A stretch of DNA of 64,000 nucleotides from Macrostomum lignano. Taxonomy: Eukaryota. Positions 1-11,856 of the stretch are shown here, piece by piece. The notes under the pieces are model-generated. The model made no database searches. It was not told the DNA's origin and saw only the letters and a list, made by a program, of their open reading frames with translations. Each line of letters begins with the position of its first letter. Position 1 is the stretch's first letter. The stretch is from positions 496,001-560,000 of the forward strand of contig NIVC01000227.1 of the NCBI GenBank assembly GCA_002269645.1. The letters are read 5' to 3'. The translations under genes were made by a program, and so were the position numbers.

Positions 1-108
1 ACTTCTGGGTGAGATTTTGAGGATATATGGATTGAGACTTCTGGGTGAGATTCTGAGGATATGGATTGAGACTTCTGGGTGAGATTTTCAGGATATAGAT
101 AGAAAAGA
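1..108. repeat. Intronic minisatellite, ~35 bp unit (acttctgggtgagattttgaggatatatggattgag), truncated by window start
   Basis: Three copies visible, starting at 1, 37 and 71. Confidence 0.85.
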
Positions 109-196
109 GAAGCGAGCTGAGCAAAGACACAAACTTGAGCAGGCCACATTGCCATTGTGGAGTTTCAAAGGACCCGAGGACCGGATAGAGAGGCTT

Positions 197-222
197 CGCG
201 GGCCGGTTTTTGCGGACCCCTG
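197..222 (-). mobile_element. Possible hAT-type MITE terminus
   Basis: Minus strand reads CAGGGGTCCGCAAAAACCGGCCCGCG, resembling the CAGGGGT...CGGCCCGCG termini of hAT-derived non-autonomous elements. No partner end identified. Confidence 0.35.
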
Positions 223-280
223 CTCTAAGGAGTGAAAAACTTCAAGCTTGCGTCACCAAATCTCTGCGCAAATCTTGCAG

Positions 281-781
281 GTGAACCCTAGCCGTCTTCC
301 AGTGGTTGTTGGCGGCCTATTGGACGTCGACTGCTCCGAAGACGTGATCAAGCAGCTCATCCAGGTGGTCCGTGGCCAGTTCTCAACTGACGAACTCGTT
401 GCGGAAGTTGAGAAGCGGAACCGGCTCAAACTGCTGCTACCCTGGCTTGAGAATCGGGTGCACGAGGGCTCTGAGGAGCCGGCCACGCACAATGCCCTGG
501 CCAAGATCTACATCGATGCTAATAACAACCCGGAGCGGTTCCTCAGGGAGAACCGGTTCTACGATTCCCGGGTGATCGGCAAGTACACGGAGAAGCGCGA
601 CCCTCACCTGTCCTGCCTTGCCTATGAGCGGGGCCAGTGCGACGAAGACCTCATCCGGGTGTGCAACGAGAACTCCCTGTTCAAGTCCGAGGCCAGGTAC
701 CTAGTTAAACGGAAGGACGAGACTCTGTGGGCTCAGGTGCTGCAGGAGGACAATCCTTATAGGCGACAACTGATTGATCAG
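281..781 (+). CDS. CLTC: Clathrin heavy chain, internal exon (gene begins upstream of window)
   Basis: Translates [21 protein letters not shown]...[17 protein letters not shown]...RRQLIDQ, recognisable clathrin heavy chain leg (CHCR) sequence. Bounded by ttgcag| and |gtgagc; 501 nt, phase 0-0. Confidence 0.97.
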
Positions 782-829
782 GTGAGCGGTTTTGAAATCA
801 CATTTTCAAGGATTTTGTAGGTAATCTGT

Positions 830-1170
830 AATCCGTTGAGTGAGATTTTAAAGAGATTTGTAATCTGTGTGGGTGAGATTCTGGGATTTGTAACCTGCCT
901 GGGTGAGATTTAGAAGAGATGTGTAATCTGTTAGGTGAGATTATCAAGAAATTTTCAATCTTTTGGTAAGATTTTAAAGAGATCTCTAATCTGTTTGAGA
1001 CTGAAGAGATATGTAATCTGTTAGGTGAGATTTTGAAGAGATATGTAATCTGTTAGGTGAGATTTTGAAGAGATGTGTAATCAGTTCGGTGAGATTTTGA
1101 AGAGACTTCTAATCTGTTTGAGATTGTAAAGATATCTGTAATCTGTCTGAAATTTTGAAGAAATCTAGAA
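830..1170. repeat. Degenerate ~31 bp intronic minisatellite (gtgagattttgaagagatatgtaatctgttag)
   Basis: About 10 diverged copies inside the clathrin intron 782-1221. Confidence 0.85.
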
Positions 1171-1221
1171 GGTGAGGTTAACCATGTTGCTCAAATCCCA
1201 ATCATTGCTCACAACCCGCAG

Positions 1222-1551
1222 GTGGTGCAGACCGCCCTGTCGGAGACCAACGACCCCGAGGAGATTTCCGTCGCCGTCAAATCCTTCATGGCCGCGGACC
1301 TTCCCAACGAGCTCATCGAACTGCTGGAGAAGATCGTGCTGGACAACACCGTGTTCTCGGACCATCGCAATCTGCAGAATCTGCTCATACTCACCGCCAT
1401 CAAGGCCGACACGACCCGGGTCATGGAGTACATCACCAAGCTGGAGAATTTCGACGCTCCAGAGATTGCTCAGATTGCCATCAGCAACCAGCTGTTCGAG
1501 GAGGCGTTCGCCGTGTTTAAGAAGTTCAGCGTCAACGAGAGCGCCATTAAG
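1222..1551 (+). CDS. CLTC: Clathrin heavy chain, internal exon
   Basis: [40 protein letters not shown]...[15 protein letters not shown]. Acceptor ccgcag|, donor |gtgagc; 330 nt, phase 0-0, in frame with the previous exon. Confidence 0.97.
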
Positions 1552-1578
1552 GTGAGCGCTACGGATATGAGACTTTAA

Positions 1579-2720
1579 TCCCTGGATTGGGTTCTTAAAT
1601 CTCCCAAATCCCTGGACTGGGATCTTAAATCTCCCAAATCTCTAGATTGGAATTTTAATCTATCAAATCCCTAGATTGGGATCTAAAGCCTCCCAAATCC
1701 CTAGATTGGGGTCTTGAATCTCCCAAATCCCTAGATTAGGATCTTGAATCTCCTAAATCCCTAGATTGGGATCTTAAATCTCCCAAATCCCAAGATTAGA
1801 ATCTTAAAAATCTCCCAAATCCCTAGATTGGAATCTTAAATCTCTCAAATCCCAAGATTAGAATATTGAATCTCCCAAATCTCTAGATTGGAAACTTAAA
1901 TCTCCCAAATCCCTAGAATGGAATCTTAAGTCTCCCAAATCCCTAGGATGGAATCCTAAATCTCCGAAATCCCTAGAATGGAATCTTAAATCTCCGAAAT
2001 CCCTAGAATGGAATCCTAAATCTCCCAAATCTCTTGATTGGAATCTTAAATCTCCCAAATCCCTAGATCGGGATCTAAAGTCTCCCAAATCCTTAGATCG
2101 GGATCTTGAATCTCCTAAATCCCTAGATTGGGATCTTAAATCTCCCAAATCCCAAGATTAGAATCTTAAATCCCCCAAATCTCTAGATTGGAATCTTAAA
2201 TCTCCCAAATCCCTAGATCGGGATCTAAAGTCTCCCAAATCCCTAGATCAGGATCTAAAGTCTCCCAAATCCCTAGATCGGGATCTTAAATCTCCCAAAT
2301 CCCTAGAATGGAATCTAAAATCTCCGAAATCCCTAGAATGGAATCTTAAATCTCCCAAATCTCTAGATTTGAATCTTAAATCTCCCAAATCCCTAGATCG
2401 GGATCTTAAATCTCCCAAATCCCTAGAATGGAATCTTAAATCTCCCAAATCTCTAGATTGGAATCTTAAATCTCCCAAATCCCTAGATCGGGATCTTAAA
2501 TCTCCCAAATCTCTAGATTGGAATCTTAAATCTCCCAAATCCCTAGATCGGGATCTTAAATCTCCCAAATCTCTAGATTGGAATCTTAAATCTCCCAAAT
2601 CCCTAGATCGGGATCTTAAATCTCCCAAATCTCTAGATTGGAATCCTAAATTTCCCAAATCCCTAGAATGGAATCTTAAATCTCTCAAATCCCTAGATAT
2701 TAATCCTTAATCTTCTTTAA
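1579..2720. repeat. 30 bp intronic minisatellite (gaatcttaaatctcccaaatccctagattg)
   Basis: About 38 copies; source of the spurious LKSPKSLDW / DLGDLRF ORFs. Confidence 0.95.
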
Positions 2721-2841
2721 ATCCTTATTGAAGGCTTACTCTCAAATCCTTTCATATGGATTCTAAATCTCTCGGCAGCCTCCATTGAGATGAATATTCC
2801 AATGCGTTCCGTCACTAATCCCTAATTATCCCCAACCCCAG

Positions 2842-3357
2842 GTGCTCATCGAAAACATCCGCAATCTTGATCGCGCCTACGAATTTGCCGAGAAGTGCAA
2901 CGAGCCGGCAGTGTGGTCCCAGCTGGCCAGCGCCCAGCTTGAAGAAGGCTTCGTCAAAGAAGCAATCGACAGCTTCATCAAGGCCAACGATCCCAGCTGC
3001 TACGTGGATGTTGTTCGCGTCGCTAGCGACTCGGGGCATTGGGAGGATTTGGTGAAATTCCTGCTCATGGCTAGGAAAAAAGCCAAGGAGTCATTCATTG
3101 AGACCGAGCTGGTGTTCGCCTACGCCAAGACCGGCCGGCTCGCGGATATGGAGGAGTTCATCAACTCGCCCAATCACGCCAAAATTGCCGAAGTGGCCGA
3201 CCGCTGCTTCGACCAAGAGATGTACGAGGCCGCCAAGATTCTCTATAGCAACGTGTCTAACTATGCCCGGCTGGCCATCACCCAGGTTAAACTGGGCGAG
3301 TTCCAGAACGCTGTTGAGTCTGCTAGGAAGGCCAATTCTACTAAGACTTGGAAGGAG
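2842..3357 (+). CDS. CLTC: Clathrin heavy chain, internal exon
   Basis: [29 protein letters not shown]...[12 protein letters not shown]. Acceptor ccccag|, donor |gtgagt; 516 nt, phase 0-0. Confidence 0.97.
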
Positions 3358-3990
3358 GTGAGTGTTCCGCCCCTTAGCAGCTGAGTATTCTGCCCCTTAG
3401 TAGCTGAGTATTCTGCCCCCTTAGTAGCTGAGTATTCCGCCCCCTTAGTAGCTGAGTATTCCGCCCCTTAGCAGCTGAGTATTCCGCCCCTTAGTAGCTG
3501 AGTATTCTGCCCCCTTAGTAGCTGAGTATTCCGCCCCCTTAGTAGCTGAGTATTCCGCCCCCTTAGTAGCTGAGGATTCCGCCCCTTAGCAGCTGAGTAT
3601 TCCGCCCCCTTAGTAGCTGAGTATTCCGCCCCCTTAGTAGCTGAGGATTCCGCCCCTTAGCAGCTGAGTATTCCGCCCCCTTAGTAGCTGAGGATTCCGC
3701 CCCTTAGTAGCTGAGTATTCCGCCCCCTTAGTAGCTGAGTATTCCGCCCCCTTAGTAGCTGAGGATTCCGCCCCTTAGCAGCTGAGTATTCCGCCCCCTT
3801 AGTAGCTGAGGATTCCGCCCCCTTAGTAGCTGAGTATTCCGCCCCCTTAGTAGCTGAGGATTCCGCCCCTTAGTAACTGAGTATTCCGCCCCTTAGTAGC
3901 TTAGGATTCCGCCCCCTAGTTAGTACTCTGCCCCGTAGTTTTTTAGTATTCCGCCCCCTGAGTTAGTTTCTGAGTATTCCGCCGGCATAT
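3358..3990. repeat. 23-24 bp intronic minisatellite (gctgagtattccgcccccttagta)
   Basis: About 25 copies beginning at the splice donor. Confidence 0.95.
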
Positions 3991-4110
3991 TTGTTGAGTA
4001 TTCCGTCCTGGCGACTGCGTTTCCTATTAATTGTTTATCCGCCCCCTTATCCTCTGAGTATGAAGAATCTCATTGCAAAGAAACTGTCAACCAATGCCAA
4101 CCCTACACAG

Positions 4111-4617
4111 GTGTGCTTCTCCTGCCTGGAGAGCGAAGAGTACCGCCTGGCCCAGATCTGCGGCCTGAACATCATCATCCACGCGGATGAGCTGGAGGAG
4201 CTGATCAACTTCTACCAGACTCGGGGCCTGTTCAATGAGCTCATCTCACTGTTCGAGGCCGGGCTGGGGCTCGACCGCGCCCACATGGGACTGTTCACGG
4301 AGCTGGCCATTCTGTACAGCAAGTACCGCACAGCCAAGCTCAAGGAGCACCTGGAGCTGTTCTGGTCCCGCATCAATATTCCCAAGGTGCTGCGAGCGGC
4401 CGAGCAGGCCCACCTGTGGGCTGAACTGGTCTTTTTGTACGACAAATACGAGGAGTTCGACAATGCCATACTCACTATGATGAAGCACCCGACTGAGGCT
4501 TGGCGCGAGTCCTTCTTTAAAGAGATGATCTCCAAGTGCGCCAATATTGAGATCTATTATAAGGCTATTAAATTCTATTTGGATTTCAAGCCTCTGCTGC
4601 TCAATGATTTGCTGCAG
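4111..4617 (+). CDS. CLTC: Clathrin heavy chain, internal exon
   Basis: [32 protein letters not shown]...ELAILYSKY...[31 protein letters not shown]. Acceptor acacag|, donor |gtgaga; 507 nt, phase 0-0. Confidence 0.97.
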
Positions 4618-4667
4618 GTGAGATAATGCTTCATGTAGCTTATTGTACCTACTGTATTTACACATTA

Positions 4668-5773
4668 GTCATGTATGTACACATTAGTCATGTATGTACA
4701 CATTAGTCATGTATGTACACATTAGTCATGTATGTACACATTAGTCATGTCATGTATGTACACATTAGTCATGTATGTACACATTAGTTATGTATGTACA
4801 CATTAGTCATGTCATGTATGTACACATTAGTCATGTATGTACACATTAGTAATTTATGTACACATTAGTCATGTAAATACACATTGGTCATGTATGTACA
4901 CATTGGTCATGTATGTACACATTAGTCATGTATGTACACATTGGTCATGTATGTACACATTAGTCATGTCATGTATGTACACATTAGTTATGTATGTACA
5001 CATTAGTCATGTCATGTATGTACACATTAGTCATGTATGTACACATTAGTTATGTATGTACACATTAGTCATGTCATGTATGTACACATTAGTCATGTAT
5101 GTACACATTAGTCATGTATGTACACATTAGTCATGTATGTACACATTAGTCATGTATGTACACATTAGTCATGTACGTACACATTAGTCATGTATGTACA
5201 CATTAGTCATGTCATGTATGTACACATTAGTCATGTATGTACACATTAGTAATTTATGTACACATTAGTCATGTATGTACACATTAGTCATGTATGTACA
5301 CACTAGTCATGTCATGTATGTACACATTAGTCATGTCATGTATGTACACATTAGTCATGTCATGTATGTACACATTAGTCATGTCATGTATGTACACATT
5401 AGTCATGTCATGTATGTACACATTAGTCATGTCATGTATGTACACATTAGTCATGTCATGTATGTACACATTAGTCATGTATGTACACATTAGTCATGTC
5501 ATGTATGTACACATTAGTCATGTATGTACACATTAGTCATGTCATGTATGTACACATTAGTCATGTATGTACACATTAGTCATGTATGTACACATTGGTC
5601 ATGTATGTACACATTGGTCATGTATGTACACATTAGTCATGTATGTACACATTGGTCATGTATGTACACATTAGTCATGTATATACACATTGGTCATGTA
5701 TGCACACATTAGTCATGTATGTACACATTAGTCATGTATGTACACATTGGTCATGTACGTACACATTAGTCAT
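4668..5773. repeat. 19/24 bp intronic minisatellite (acattagtcatgtatgtac)
   Basis: More than 50 copies filling almost the whole intron 4618-5805. Confidence 0.95.
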
Positions 5774-5805
5774 GCAGCTTCAAATCAATTTTTGTTCACC
5801 CCCAG

Positions 5806-6445
5806 GTGCTGATCCCCCGCTTGGACCACACCCGAGCTGTGAGCTTCTTCGCCAAGGAGGGCAAGGTGGCCATGGTGAAGCCCTACCTCAAAGCGGTGCA
5901 GCAGAACAACAACAAGCACATCAACGAAGCTCTGAACAGTCTGTACATCGAAGAGGAAGACTACCAGAGCCTACGCGCCAGCATCGAGGCATTCAACAAT
6001 TTCGACAACATCGGGCTGGCGCAGAAGTGCGAGAAGCACGAACTGCTGGAGTTCCGGCGGGTTGCGGCGCTGCTGTACAAGGGCAACAACCGGTTCAGTC
6101 AGAGCATCGAGCTGTGCAAGCGCGACCGGCTGTACAAGGACGCCATGCAGTTCGCTGGCGAGTCGCGGGACTCCGAACTGGCCGCCGCCCTGCTGCAGTG
6201 GTTCCTGGATGAGAAGCTCACCGAGTGCTTCAGCGCCTGTCTGTACCAGTGCTACGACCTGCTCAAACCGGACAAGGTGATGGAACTGGCCTGGCGGTAC
6301 AACCTCATGGACTACACGATGCCCTACATGGTGCAGGTCATGGCCGAGTACCAGGCTCGGCTGGAGCGGCTCGAGCAGGCCGAGGCTGTGCGGGCTGAGA
6401 GCGACGAGAAAGCTAATAGCGATGGCAACCCCATTGTGATGCAGA
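5806..6445 (+). CDS. CLTC: Clathrin heavy chain, penultimate exon (proximal leg / trimerisation region)
   Basis: [15 protein letters not shown]...[37 protein letters not shown]...DKVMELAWR. Acceptor ccccag|, donor |gtgagt at 6446 (phase 1). Confidence 0.96.
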
Positions 6446-6483
6446 GTGAGTGCTGGCTGGTTTGGGGACAGACAGACAGTCAG

Positions 6484-6586
6484 GCAGCGTGCAGACAGAC
6501 AGGCAGACAGACAGACAGACAGGCAGACAGACAGACAGAGACAGACAGGCAGACAGACAGACAGAGACAGACAAACAGACAGAGAC
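6484..6586. repeat. (CAGA)n microsatellite in last clathrin intron
   Basis: Direct inspection. Confidence 0.9.
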
Positions 6587-6624
6587 AACAATAAATCCGC
6601 AGCAACTCGCCCGCCCACCCTCAG

Positions 6625-6764
6625 CCAACCCCATGCTGATGCTGACCAGCGCTCCCCATCACTCGATGATGCCGCAGCAGCCGGGCTACCCGCCGCCGCC
6701 GCCTCCCGCCGGCCCTTTCTACGGAGCCGGCAGCGGCCTGCCGCCGCAGGGGCATCACTTCTGA
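6625..6764 (+). CDS. CLTC: Clathrin heavy chain, terminal exon
   Basis: Acceptor ccctcag| at 6624 fits the phase-1 donor, giving ...MQ-T-NPMLMLTSAP...GHHF*. MLMLT corresponds to the QLMLT Hsc70-binding motif, followed by a Pro-rich tail. Confidence 0.85.
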
Positions 6765-7594
6765 GCCGCCATCGATTATGAAAGTTCACGTTGAACTCTT
6801 CGACTTACCAATCTATTATAGACCTATATATAAACTTGAATGCAGGCGGTAAACAAACTTTAGTAAAAGGTAAGAAAAGTTTTGTTCAAACCCTGCGTTG
6901 CAAAATAAAACAAAAACAACTGCAGCAAAACTGTGATTTCACAATTACACTTTACACCCTGTTGTTTTGGTTACCTCCGAGTATGTTTGTTGGCTATTAT
7001 TGCCAATTATAAGTTAGCTTGTTGGTTCAAAAATATATGATATTGTCTTTATTTGTTGTGTTTTTTTTTCCTTCAAAAATTTCTTTAAAGCAGTGTTTCT
7101 GATTTCCGCTAAACACAACTTGCTCTGAGATGTTTCTAGGTTACTTAGTTAATTATTTATTCAGCTCCTTGTTGTACTTTTATTTTTAGCTATTCCGCTC
7201 ATTTTGTCGGTTGTTTGAATTTATAGTACTGTCAAGCAAGTAGGCAAGTGAGCGTGTTTGCTTATTATATATATTACTATTTACGAAGAGATGTCGCAGC
7301 TGCCCCTAATGAATTGCATTGTTTTTCTAGCTTACACTTTTAAGTGATTTTTGTTATCTAACAATTAGTGTGTCTTTGTGTGTCAGCACTAGCATATAAA
7401 ATCAAAGTCTGTCGTACCGTTGCGATTTTGGTTGTTTTTCATCAGCTGGTTATTGTAAACTGGAATCTGTAGTTATAAAGTTCTACCTTTGCTATTGTGT
7501 GTTTTATTATTGTAATTCAATTATTACTATGATTATTATTCATCTGCTAGTGTCAATTTTGTCATCGAACTGTTTCGTCTTGTGTCTAATTAAA

Positions 7595-7600
7595 AATAAA
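7595..7600 (+). terminator. Candidate polyadenylation signal of clathrin heavy chain
   Basis: AATAAA at the end of an AT-rich stretch ~830 nt after the stop codon; position only, not validated. Confidence 0.35.
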
Positions 7601-7822
7601 ATTGTCAACCGCATATGCATGTCCGTAACTGCCACTCTTAATTGGTTCATCAGCAGTAGTACAATTTGAACTTTGTCACTCATATTTAATTGCTAAGCAT
7701 AAAATTCTAAAAGTACTTATTGATTTATTCAGTTTGCTTTAAACACTCAGCTAGTAAACTGGATGCAATTCAAATGCTCTCGCACGGTGTGCACTCTGAT
7801 GTGTTCTTAATGTAGCCTCTGG

Positions 7823-8245
7823 TGTACATTAACACCAACCCCCCATCTATCTCTATCCCTATTGTACATTATTGACACCAACCCAATCTATCTCTACCCC
7901 TAGTGTACATTAACACCAACCCCATCTATCTCTACCCCTAGTGTACATTGACACCAACCCCATCTATCTCTACCCCTAGTGTACATTGACACCAACCCCA
8001 TTTATCTCTACCCCTAGTGTACATTAACACCAACCCAATCTATCTCTACCCCTAGTGTACATTAGCACCAACCCCATCTATCTCTACCCCTAGTGTACAT
8101 TGACACCAACCCCATCTATCTCTACCCCTAGTGTACATTGACACCAACCCCAATCTATCTTTACTCCTAGTGTACATTAACACCAACCCCATCTATCTCT
8201 ACCCCTAGTGTACATCGACGCCAACCCCATCTATTCCTATCCCTA
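7823..8245. repeat. 38 bp minisatellite (tagtgtacattgacaccaaccccatctatctctacccc)
   Basis: About 10-11 copies, intergenic. Confidence 0.92.
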
Positions 8246-8819
8246 ATGTACATCAAACCTAAAGAATTTAACGGGTTTTGCGTTAAGCGACTTTTCAACT
8301 ATTGTCAATTGTCTTTTGTTATTGTCTTTGTTACCTAGTGAAAACAATTTTGTTTAGAAGGAAAGCGAACAACATTTTTTCTCTCAAAGACACTGTAAAC
8401 GATTTCTCAGCATAGTTGATTGCTAGCGGTGCACTAATCACCATTTAAGCTGTGCACCCGTTTGGGTCTTCTGGTATTGTTCTTGTAGTACTTGTCAACT
8501 GCAACATTTATTTCGATTAATTCCTTTTTTAAACAGCAGTGTGTTTGTCTCAAATATTTGTTTGCTTTGCACTTTTAATTGCTTCGATTTATGTAATAAT
8601 TCAGCTTCACTGCTTCTCCAAAAAATCGATATTGTCAGTCACTTTAATCAGCTGTTTCTCGTTGTTGGATGCACAGTTTTAAAAATGACAGCAAACACAA
8701 ATACACTTCGAAGTTGGTTTTTATTGTTCTGCAGTCTCAAAATTTGCAACAGTTAACCTGCTGTGTGCGAAATGACCTAACATCAAATACTCTCTTCCAT
8801 CCAATCCGCACGATACTGC

Positions 8820-9765
8820 TTTTGACTGGCACTGTTTGTCACTGTTTGACTGGCACTGTTTGTCACTGTTTGACTGGCACTGTTTGTCACTGTTTGACTG
8901 GCACTGTTTGTCACTGTTTGACTGGCACTGTTTGTCACTGTTTGACTGGCACTGTTTGTCACTGTTTGACTGGCACTGTTTGTCACTGTTTGACTGGCAC
9001 TGTTTGTCACTGTTTGACTGGCACTGTTTGTCACTGTTTGACTGGCACTGTTTGTCACTGTTTGACTGGCACTGTGTTGTCACTGTTTGACTGGCACTGT
9101 TTGACTGACACTGTTTGTCACTGTTTGACTGGCACTGTTTGTCACTGTTTGACTGGCACTGTTTGACTGACACTGTTTGACTGACACTGTTTGACTGACA
9201 CTGTTTGACTGACACTAATTGACTGACACTGTTTGACTGACACTGTTTGACTGTCACTGTTTGTCACTGTTTGACTGACACTGTTTGACTGGCACTGTTT
9301 GTCACTGTTTGACTGACACTGTTTGTCACTGTTTGACTGGCACTGTTTGACTGACACTAATTGACTGACACTGTTTGACTGACACTGTTTGACTGTCACT
9401 GTTTGTCACTGTTTGACTGACACTGTTTGACTGGCACTGTTTGTCACTGTTTGACTGGCACTGTTTGTCACTGTTTGACTGACACTGTTTGTCACTGTTT
9501 GACTGGCACTGTTTGACTGACACTGTTTGTCACTGTTTGACTGTCACTATTTGACTGACACTGTTTGTCACTGTTTGACTGGCACTGTTTGACTGACACT
9601 GTTTGACTGACACTGTTTGACTGATACTGTTTGACAGACACTGTTTGACTGACACTGTTTGACTGACACTGTTTGACTGACACTGTTTGACTGATACTGT
9701 TTGACTGACACTGTTTGACTGGCACTGTTTGACTGACACTAATTGACTGACACTGTGACTGACAG
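8820..9765. repeat. Compound 10/14/24 bp minisatellite (cactgtttgt / cactgtttgactgg)
   Basis: Direct inspection; source of the TGTVCHCL / KQCQSNS ORFs. Confidence 0.95.
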
Positions 9766-10116
9766 CTGTTCGACTGGGAGCTAGTTGACTGACAGCTATT
9801 TAGGTTAACAGTTGAGGTTGGCAGTGAAAAGTCGCAGGCCCGCCTCAGTACATGTGCATGCGCACTACATTTACAGGTTCAGTGTACATTAACGTCAAGC
9901 CACACCATCTAAAAGAATATTACTAGATACAAGCTAAGCTGTCGCAAACTGAGATAGATGGTTTTATTGCTGAACAGCTACAGGTACTACTATTATAGGT
10001 AGGCAGTTAAGATTGCAGTCAGTAAGCTGATACTTCATGTATCTATCTGTATATACAATTTGTAGTTGACTTGCATCCCGCGTGAGCTGCACGCAGATCT
10101 GATTGATGTCTGTGCA

Positions 10117-10599
10117 TCAGATGTGCTCGCTGAAGCAGCAGCCCTCTGCGTTGGCCAGCCTGCCGCAGCAGTCCCACACGAACAGGACATCAGCCAGACG
10201 GCCCTGGCTGCTGTGCTGCTCCACCCGCTGCCGGCCCTTCGAATGGTACTTGCAGGCGAACTTGTTGTTGTCAACCAGACGGTAGAGCTTCTGGCAGCGA
10301 AGGCACCGGGTGACTGACGTCTTGGCTGGCATCACCTGTTGTTGCTGCTGTTGCTGCTGCTGCTGCTGCTGAGCTCCGCGACTTCGCTTCTGCGTGTTTC
10401 TTGCCAAATTCAGAATCGGCAAGCTGTTGTTGACTGCAGCGGCAGAGCTTGCTGCTGCCACTGCTGCTGCTGTTGCTCCATCTGCTGCTGCTGTAGTCTT
10501 CGATGTTGTAGTTTTCATTGCTTCCAGCTGCGTTGTTGTTGGCGGATGTGGAGGCGGGAGCGGCTGACGGTACGTGAAGGCGTGCTTCATTGAGGCCAC
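10117..10599 (-). CDS. Uncharacterised coiled-coil / Cys-His zinc-finger protein, terminal exon 4
   Basis: Acceptor aaatttcag| precedes 10599, phase 0. Ends CLRCQKLY...ACKYH...WDCC...GCCFSEHI*; contains poly-Ala and poly-Gln tracts. Confidence 0.8.
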   Translation of the reverse strand: MASMKHAFTYRQPLPPPHPPTTTQLEAMKTTTSKTTAAADGATAAAVAAASSAAAVNNSLPILNLARNTQKRSRGAQQQQQQQQQQQQVMPAKTSVTRCLRCQKLYRLVDNNKFACKYHSKGRQRVEQHSSQGRLADVLFVWDCCGRLANAEGCCFSEHI

Positions 10600-10770
10600 C
10601 TGAAATTTTATGTGCCATTATGGATGGCTGCCTGCCAGGGTTCTGTGAGGAATGGCCTTCATTAGCAGAATGAGACCAGTTCCACACATCTCGCATCAAG
10701 CATTTTTCTCACTTCACTCTCTCCTCTCTACTCTCTCATCTCTCCTCCCCTTTTCTCTCGGCCCTCCCAC

Positions 10771-11265
10771 CTGTTTTTCATAAGCGGCCAGCTGCTTGGC
10801 CTTCTCCTTGGCGTCCTCCTCGGCGGTGCGAAGCGCCTTGGCCAGCGCGTGCAGATCCCGACGCAGACGAGCATTCTCGGTCAGCGAGTCGGCGAGAGGA
10901 TCGGACTGAGGCTGCTCTGTCTGAGTGGCATCGTCAGTGGGGTCAGGCTGCTGAGTTGGCTGCTGGTGCCGGGGCCTCAGCGGCACAACGGCAATATCCG
11001 AGGGTTTAGCGCCGGCAAGCACGCGAACTCCCCGCTTCCAGCCGAGAATCGCGCCGGCCACGATTTGGTCCCGCTGAGTCGATTGAGGCTGCTGCTGCTG
11101 CTGCTGAGCATTGGGCATAATTTTCCCGTTGGCGTCTCCTCCGTCTGACATCGGCGCCGAGCTGCTCATAGCGGAGCCGCAGGCTGAGCAGTAAGCTTGA
11201 AGTGGCTTCTGGTGCTGCTGCTCACGGGTGAGCTGCTCGCACCGGTTCTGCAGCTCGCGAATGGC
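10771..11265 (-). CDS. Coiled-coil / zinc-finger protein, exon 3
   Basis: Acceptor aaatttcag|GCC, donor CAG|gtggga; 495 nt, phase 0-0. AIRELQNRCEQLTREQQ...YCSACG...LTENARLRRDLHALAKALRTAEEDAKEKAKQLAAYEKQ. Confidence 0.75.
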
Positions 11266-11460
11266 CTGAAATTTGAGATTTGGGAAATTTGCAGTTCTCT
11301 GCGTCGATTCAAGTTCTTTTAGGGCACGAAAATTGGCCCAGGGGGATGTTGTGCGATTCGCAGCCATGAGAGCCAGCCGACAAGGTACAGGGAGTGTACC
11401 TGCTTGACTATTGGAAAGTCGGGGTCGCCGTGCACCCATCCGTGTGCGATCGCTTGAAAG

Positions 11461-11795
11461 AAAGGGAGAGAGGCGATAGCAGAGAGGGGGAAGAGTGGGG
11501 AGAGAGGGGGAGAGAAGTGGGAGAGTGGACCGTGAGGAGAGAGGAGAGATGGGAGAGGGGAGAGGGGAGGGAGGGGAGATGGGAAAGAGGGGAGAGAGGG
11601 GAGAGAGGAGAGATGGAAGAGAGGGCAGAGGAGGAGAGGGAAGAGAGGGGAGATGGGAAAGAGGGGAGAGAGGGGAGAGGGAAGAGATGGGAGAGGAAGA
11701 GAGGGGAGAGGGAAGAGAGGGGAGAGTGGGGAGAGAGGAGAGTGGGGAGAGGGGGGTGGGTAAAGAGTGGAGAGGAGAGTGGAGAGAGGGGAGTG
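11461..11795. repeat. Purine-rich (GA) low-complexity intronic tract
   Basis: Almost pure G/A on the + strand, i.e. a polypyrimidine tract on the sense strand of the minus gene. Confidence 0.85.
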
Positions 11796-11856
11796 GTAGG
11801 AGGGTGTCGCAACAGATGGAGAATTTCGCCCAAGCCCTGCAGCCCCAGCAGCCCAC

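Noticed and set aside
253-6789. Antisense and alternative-frame ORFs over clathrin exons
   Set aside because: Shadow ORFs of GC-rich coding sequence.
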